From NCBI GenBank assembly GCA_049999805.1, contig JBNGIO010006255.1, forward strand, positions 185,701 to 221,295: a stretch of 35,595 nucleotides of DNA, read 5' to 3'. The notes beneath the pieces are model-generated. The model was not told the origin of the DNA and made no database searches. It worked only from the letters and a program-made list of their open reading frames with translations. Shown in pieces: positions 30,866 through 35,595 of the stretch. The stretch is from Folioceros fuciformis. Taxonomy: Eukaryota. Position 1 is the stretch's first letter; the number at the start of each line of letters is the position of its first letter. A program made the translations under genes and the position numbers.

Positions 30866-33754
30866 CTACCTCCCGAGCTCATACAAGTTCATGTGCGGTG
30901 TTTGGCTACTGATCATAACCTGAAGGTAAATTTCCGCAAGAAGATATCTTTCATTGAACAAGTCTGATACGTTCACGATAAGCTGAAGATTGAAGGTGAG
31001 TAGGGTACTCCAATCACAATGACATGGAAGTATGATTTGTATAGCATGCTATGAGTCATTAGGGATGCCAATGACAAAGAAGAAAAACAGCATCTGGTTG
31101 ACCAAAAAACACATGTGCCTTGTATCGCGAGTGTGCCTTTGCATGTTTGGCAAAAGGTTGATGAGTTCTTCAGTCTATAGGAAAGGAGAGAGCTACCAGA
31201 ACAAGGTAGCAGGAAGAAGGTGAGCAAACGGGGGAAAACGAGGAGAGGGAAAACAGATGTTGAGCTAACAATTAAAGACCCAAACCTTATAATAAAACCA
31301 ATGCATGCTATTGCATGGAGGGTCTTTCAAGGTATGCCTCTTTCAGGGGATCAGATCATGATGTCCGCACAAGAGAAAGTTGTCCAAGAGGAATTGAAGG
31401 TGAACGGGATGAAAACCTGGATAACGAAGGCCAAAAAATTGAACATCATTCATATTGCTTTATGTTCATGTTTACGATGCGCTTCCTTTGCAGAAGTTGA
31501 GCTGGAAGACCTGAAGACATCGCAAAGTTCCACCCTGTTTTTTATCACATCATAAGTATCCACACACAAATGTGCTATTGCATGTCATGGGCGTGCACTT
31601 GGGTGCACCAAGTCCTAATCTTCAATGCGTTGTCGGTACGCTATGCAGACACTCCGCCAGGCAGAGGAATACAAGGAGAAAGTTATTCCGAATACTTTTA
31701 AAGAGCACATCAATGCTGCTCGGAACTAGGAGCGAGCAAAGGATTTGCAATGAGAATGAGCAGACAAGAACAAAGATGCAAAACTCTCAACCTTCCAAGT
31801 CCCTAGCAGTAAACTGAAAGTGAGGTATCAATTGATAAATGGTGATCTTAGAGAAATGGCTGCATACTTGAGTAAGTGAGAGTATATGTTGCTCATATTG
31901 GATATGCCAAGAGGAAACTACACAGAACCATGGGACAAGGAGTTTATAGCGAATGACCTGGAGAAGGTAATGGAAGGACTTTTCAAAGTCACCGAGACCT
32001 GAATTATTTTAGATGGCATTAATGATGTATTTTGAAATTGTTGCAAGCTAGAGAAATGCACGACATCACGTCCGCTAACACCTTGAAAGAAGGGACTAGA
32101 TATCGAACTTCAAGTACTGTACTGGTTCTTCTTTCCCACTTTGTCATTGCATTAAGTGTTTCTAAACCAAGGCACACGTATCTAGATGTAGAGGTGGAAG
32201 GCAGCATGTTTGACAATGTGGATGGTAGGACATTGCCTAGCCGCACTAGCCTATTGGAACTGATGCTTAATACACCCTCACCTCAAAAAGTGTGCGATCA
32301 CTCTACTTGATGGGTGTGCGGAAAACAACTATGAAAAGCAAAGAAGGTTGTACGAGTCAAGACGGAGGCAGGCCAAGCACATTAGTGGTCGGAGTCAACG
32401 AGGGTTGGAGAGGTATATTGTTTCAAACTATTGATTTGGACAACATTACAAGAAGAGGTGTACCACCCAATGCAGAAATGTGAGAGGAGGCAAACGCTGA
32501 GACTTCAGCACCATCTTAAAGTTTCAACCTGAAACCACCTTCAGAAACTCTCATGGCAAGTAACTTTGAGCATTAGCGCAAGCAAAAAAAGAAAGCGTCA
32601 AAGACTCTAAATGCCAAGTGCTCCAAGGTTCGTATATCAAATGACTTTCGAAAAAATTGTTGTGCAAAACAATGTCTAAGGGCACTGGGAAAGGTAAGGT
32701 TCAGGGACATGAGGTATCAATTCCTCAAGTTGTGCAAGGAGGAGCAGGAAATGCTATTGTAGTCACTTTTGGAGGTCGAACACGAACCAAATGGACGAAT
32801 TCGCATTCGGGTGGAGACATATCTCGTTGGAAAGGGTAGACTGTATTGTTGTCGGGATGATTTCAGGAGAGTTTTTTGTATCGAGTCCAATTGGTACGAA
32901 GCTGCGAAAGAACGTGTTGTGGGCAACATTGTCTGGTCCAAAGCTATTTGTGTTCAAAAGAGACTAAATGATCATGCTGCGCCCACCTATGCATGGATGG
33001 ACCAATTGTTCGTTCTTATTGTCGAAAAAATGCCCAATGTTGATTCCTACCACTTGCTAGATTCATATACCAAGGAAAAGATATTCTAGGATTACAAACA
33101 CCAAATGTAACGAGCAGAGCAATGCAATATCTCTTATTCATATTCGTACTTTTGTGAGCTGTGGGCAGAGTATTTCCCGAGAGTGAAGATTCACGAAACA
33201 ATAGATTTTCATTGTGCACAACATGCGGTTATTTGAAACAAAACATGCGCTCCGAATTAGACAAACGTAAACAAGGTGCGTGTTATTCCATTTTTGCTGG
33301 TTTTGTTTTCGACGAGCTCATAGAATGAATATGGGGTGCGCTAGTAGATGGGCGCACCCATGGGGGAGTGCATTGGCATGTCGGCATTTTTTATCTTAGA
33401 TGGGGTGTCCCATATGTGCGTGGTTTTATTGGCAAAGAATTTCGAGGCAGACTTCAAGCTGCATCGACAATGATTGAAAGTCGAGTAGAAGAAATGCATT
33501 AAACATCGAGTAAAGTGTTATGGTGATCCGGGAAATTATATAGGGCTATCTTTAGACAAAATGGACAAACAGAAAACGCAACTCCCATACTTTGTCCGTC
33601 TACCAAAGGATCTATCAGATGTTGGACTAATTGATGTGCACACCGTTGGGTGTATTGTGTAAAACTACACTATGACACCCCAAATATATGTTCAGTATGG
33701 GAACATAAGGAACGATGCAAATCTTCCTATCGGAATTGTACATCATGTCATCTC

Positions 33755-33821
33755 TACTTACAAGGCTCTACTGCCAAACATGTTGTACTTACAAGGCTCT
33801 ACTGCCAAACATGTTGTACTT
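33755..33821 (+). repeat. 31-bp tandem duplication inside the transposase (frameshifting)
   Basis: TACTTACAAGGCTCTACTGCCAAACATGTTG occurs twice in tandem. Confidence 0.92.
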
Positions 33822-34156
33822 GCAACTAGATAGCACAGCACGAGAGAACAAAAATGCATTGCTATTTTTGTACCTCAATATGTTGGTGGAGCTTTGTATT
33901 TTCAAGAAGATTAAAGGTTGCATTTCTTCTAGTGGGGTACACTCATGACCAAGTAGACCAAATGTTCTCGCAGTCTTCAACAGTGCTAGGAAGGAAAGAG
34001 GCTCTAACATTGCCAAAGATGCTATCTATTATGCAAGGAGTGTATGCTCCACAGCCAAAAGGTGTTTGAAGTGAAACGGGTTCTAGATTTTTGTAGGTAT
34101 GTATGGCCAATACCATATGGTAGAGCAAGGTATTAGTCTAAAGTGGTTGTGCAGCA

Positions 34157-34234
34157 ACTTCACAACATTTCATTTCAGCACCAATTCAAAATCACACTTC
34201 ACAACATTTCATTTTAGCACCAATTCAAAATCAC
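34157..34234 (+). repeat. 39-bp tandem duplication inside the transposase
   Basis: ACTTCACAACATTTCATTT(C/T)AGCACCAATTCAAAATCAC occurs twice. The second copy has a CAG-to-TAG stop. Confidence 0.92.
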
Positions 34235-35595
34235 AAGGGAAGACAAGGGACTAGAGTTCTTGAAATTTGTTCCAAATACATCTATATATGCAGCGATGTT
34301 AGTTCACTTGCAAGTTCGAAGCAAGAAGCCAACACTAGCGCCGACAAACTCTCTTACTGCAATTCGTGGAAAACTAAAGACCAAGTTGAGACAACATTTG
34401 GGGCCATGTGATGAACAGTGGTGGGACTCGTTATGGGCTGAACAAGAAACGATTGTTCAAATTGTGACATTAGGTTCTGACAGGTGTCTACATGACCCTT
34501 GGTAATGGTAAGACCGTACGCAAGCAAAATTAATTCATCAACCGATAAGTATCCCAACTGCAAAAGTTGTTCTCAATCCTGGTTTAAGGGAAAATGCAAG
34601 GAGAGACATATATGTTGGACCATACAAACCTGATCTAGCTCGTCGTGAAGTGCAGAATAGTGTAATTGGTGATGTAGCAGAGATCGAGCCAAGGCAAATA
34701 ATTGTTGTTCCTTGCGAAAACGACCCTGATAACAAACCATTTTGGCTTGCAAAGGTCCTCTTTGTTGACTTTGACTATGATATGCCTTTCATTAAGGTAC
34801 ATTAGTGGGTAACGAAATGTACAAATGCTTTTAAAGGACGTTATCTATAGGAAATGATACTACCAGACCAAGAGCCTCCAGATGGCCATAGAGGTGGATG
34901 ACGACGGATTCCAAGTTGGAGGTTGTGAAAACATATTGACAAACTATATGTTGCAGAAACGTACATTCTTGCATATGGGTTTGAGCTATCTCGCCACAAA
35001 CAACTTCATCCGCGCATAAGAAATATCATCTGATAGAACTTGTAACCCATATGCACTGCCCAAGGAACACCTAAAGAAATGGCATCCAGAATCCTCTGGA
35101 AGAATAGGAAGTTGGAGATGGAGGTTCCCAATTTGAATTTGAATTTGGATTTTCAATTTGAATTTTGAATTTTGAAAAGTAGAATTGAAATTCAATCACA
35201 AAGTCTTTGGCAGGAATTGTCTATTTCTTACGTCCATTGTTGAGTGCACCGGTTGATTGGTCAAATCAGCAACTCAATATTACGGTGTGCCAGTATGCCG
35301 ACACATCCAACAATTAATATTACACTGCATGTATCTCAATATTTTAGTCCGTTGATGAATAACACTCATAACTAGATTTTAGTGCTACTTTAGGATTGGA
35401 TGTGAAAATGTCCATTAATACCGCATATGTGAAATTTTAGTCATCCCTTATTGTGATCATTTTTGTACTCAATAGAACACCAGCTCAGCAGTGTCTGTTG
35501 TAACTGTAAGCTTGTATTCTTTTGCTTTCTGTGGAATAGACCTTCTCCTAAGGGAGCATTCTCTTGAGTGCATCCTCTTGGAAGTGCATTCTCTT

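Larger units (their letters stand above)
30870..35050 (+). mobile_element. Decayed DNA transposon carrying a DUF7869/Sola-like DDD transposase pseudogene (recognisable coding remnants about 32770-34850); outer boundaries uncertain
   Basis: Ordered fragments broken by stops and frameshifts: AWM...EKMPN..YHL...TKEKIF, SYFCELWAEYFPRVKI, RFSLCTTC, LDKMDKQKTQLPYF (first Asp), LYLQLDSTARENKN (second Asp), KVAFLLVGYTHDQVDQMFS (third Asp), LHNISFQHQFKI and C-terminal PFWLAKV...KVH*W. The sequence is visibly more AT-rich than the genic part of the window. Confidence 0.78.

Noticed and set aside
35128-35195. TTTGAA-rich run
   Set aside because: Low-complexity AT-rich sequence with no further structure.
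35556-35595. GCAT(T/C)CTCTT repeated three times at the window edge
   Set aside because: Truncated by the window end; may begin another minisatellite but cannot be assessed.

Overview
Compact, gene-dense plant nuclear DNA with short GT-AG introns. The PPR content (a DYW:KP/DRH-type deaminase and 51-aa extended L motifs) points to a seed-free plant, most likely a hornwort; this is an inference. Left to right: unassigned sequence and a 100-N gap; a 13-exon adenosine kinase (-); menA/ABC4 DHNA phytyltransferase (+); an intron-rich Deg/HtrA protease that closely resembles cyanobacterial HhoA (-); intronless RMND5/GID2 (-); a PLS-E+ PPR (-); a complete subtilisin-like protease (-); a PLS-DYW:KP PPR, a candidate U-to-C organellar RNA editor (-); a second PLS-E+ PPR with the same motif order as the first (-); a frameshifted germin-like pseudogene (+); a short telomere-type tract followed by a 32-bp tandem array combining telobox and RY motifs; and a decayed DUF7869/Sola-like DDD transposase (+). 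I see no wholly new system. The strongest leads are the DYW:KP editor with a DRI terminus, the long-L PPR pair, the HhoA-type protease and the telobox/RY array beside the transposon. Exon boundaries were read by eye and family assignments come from remembered motifs, not database searches.
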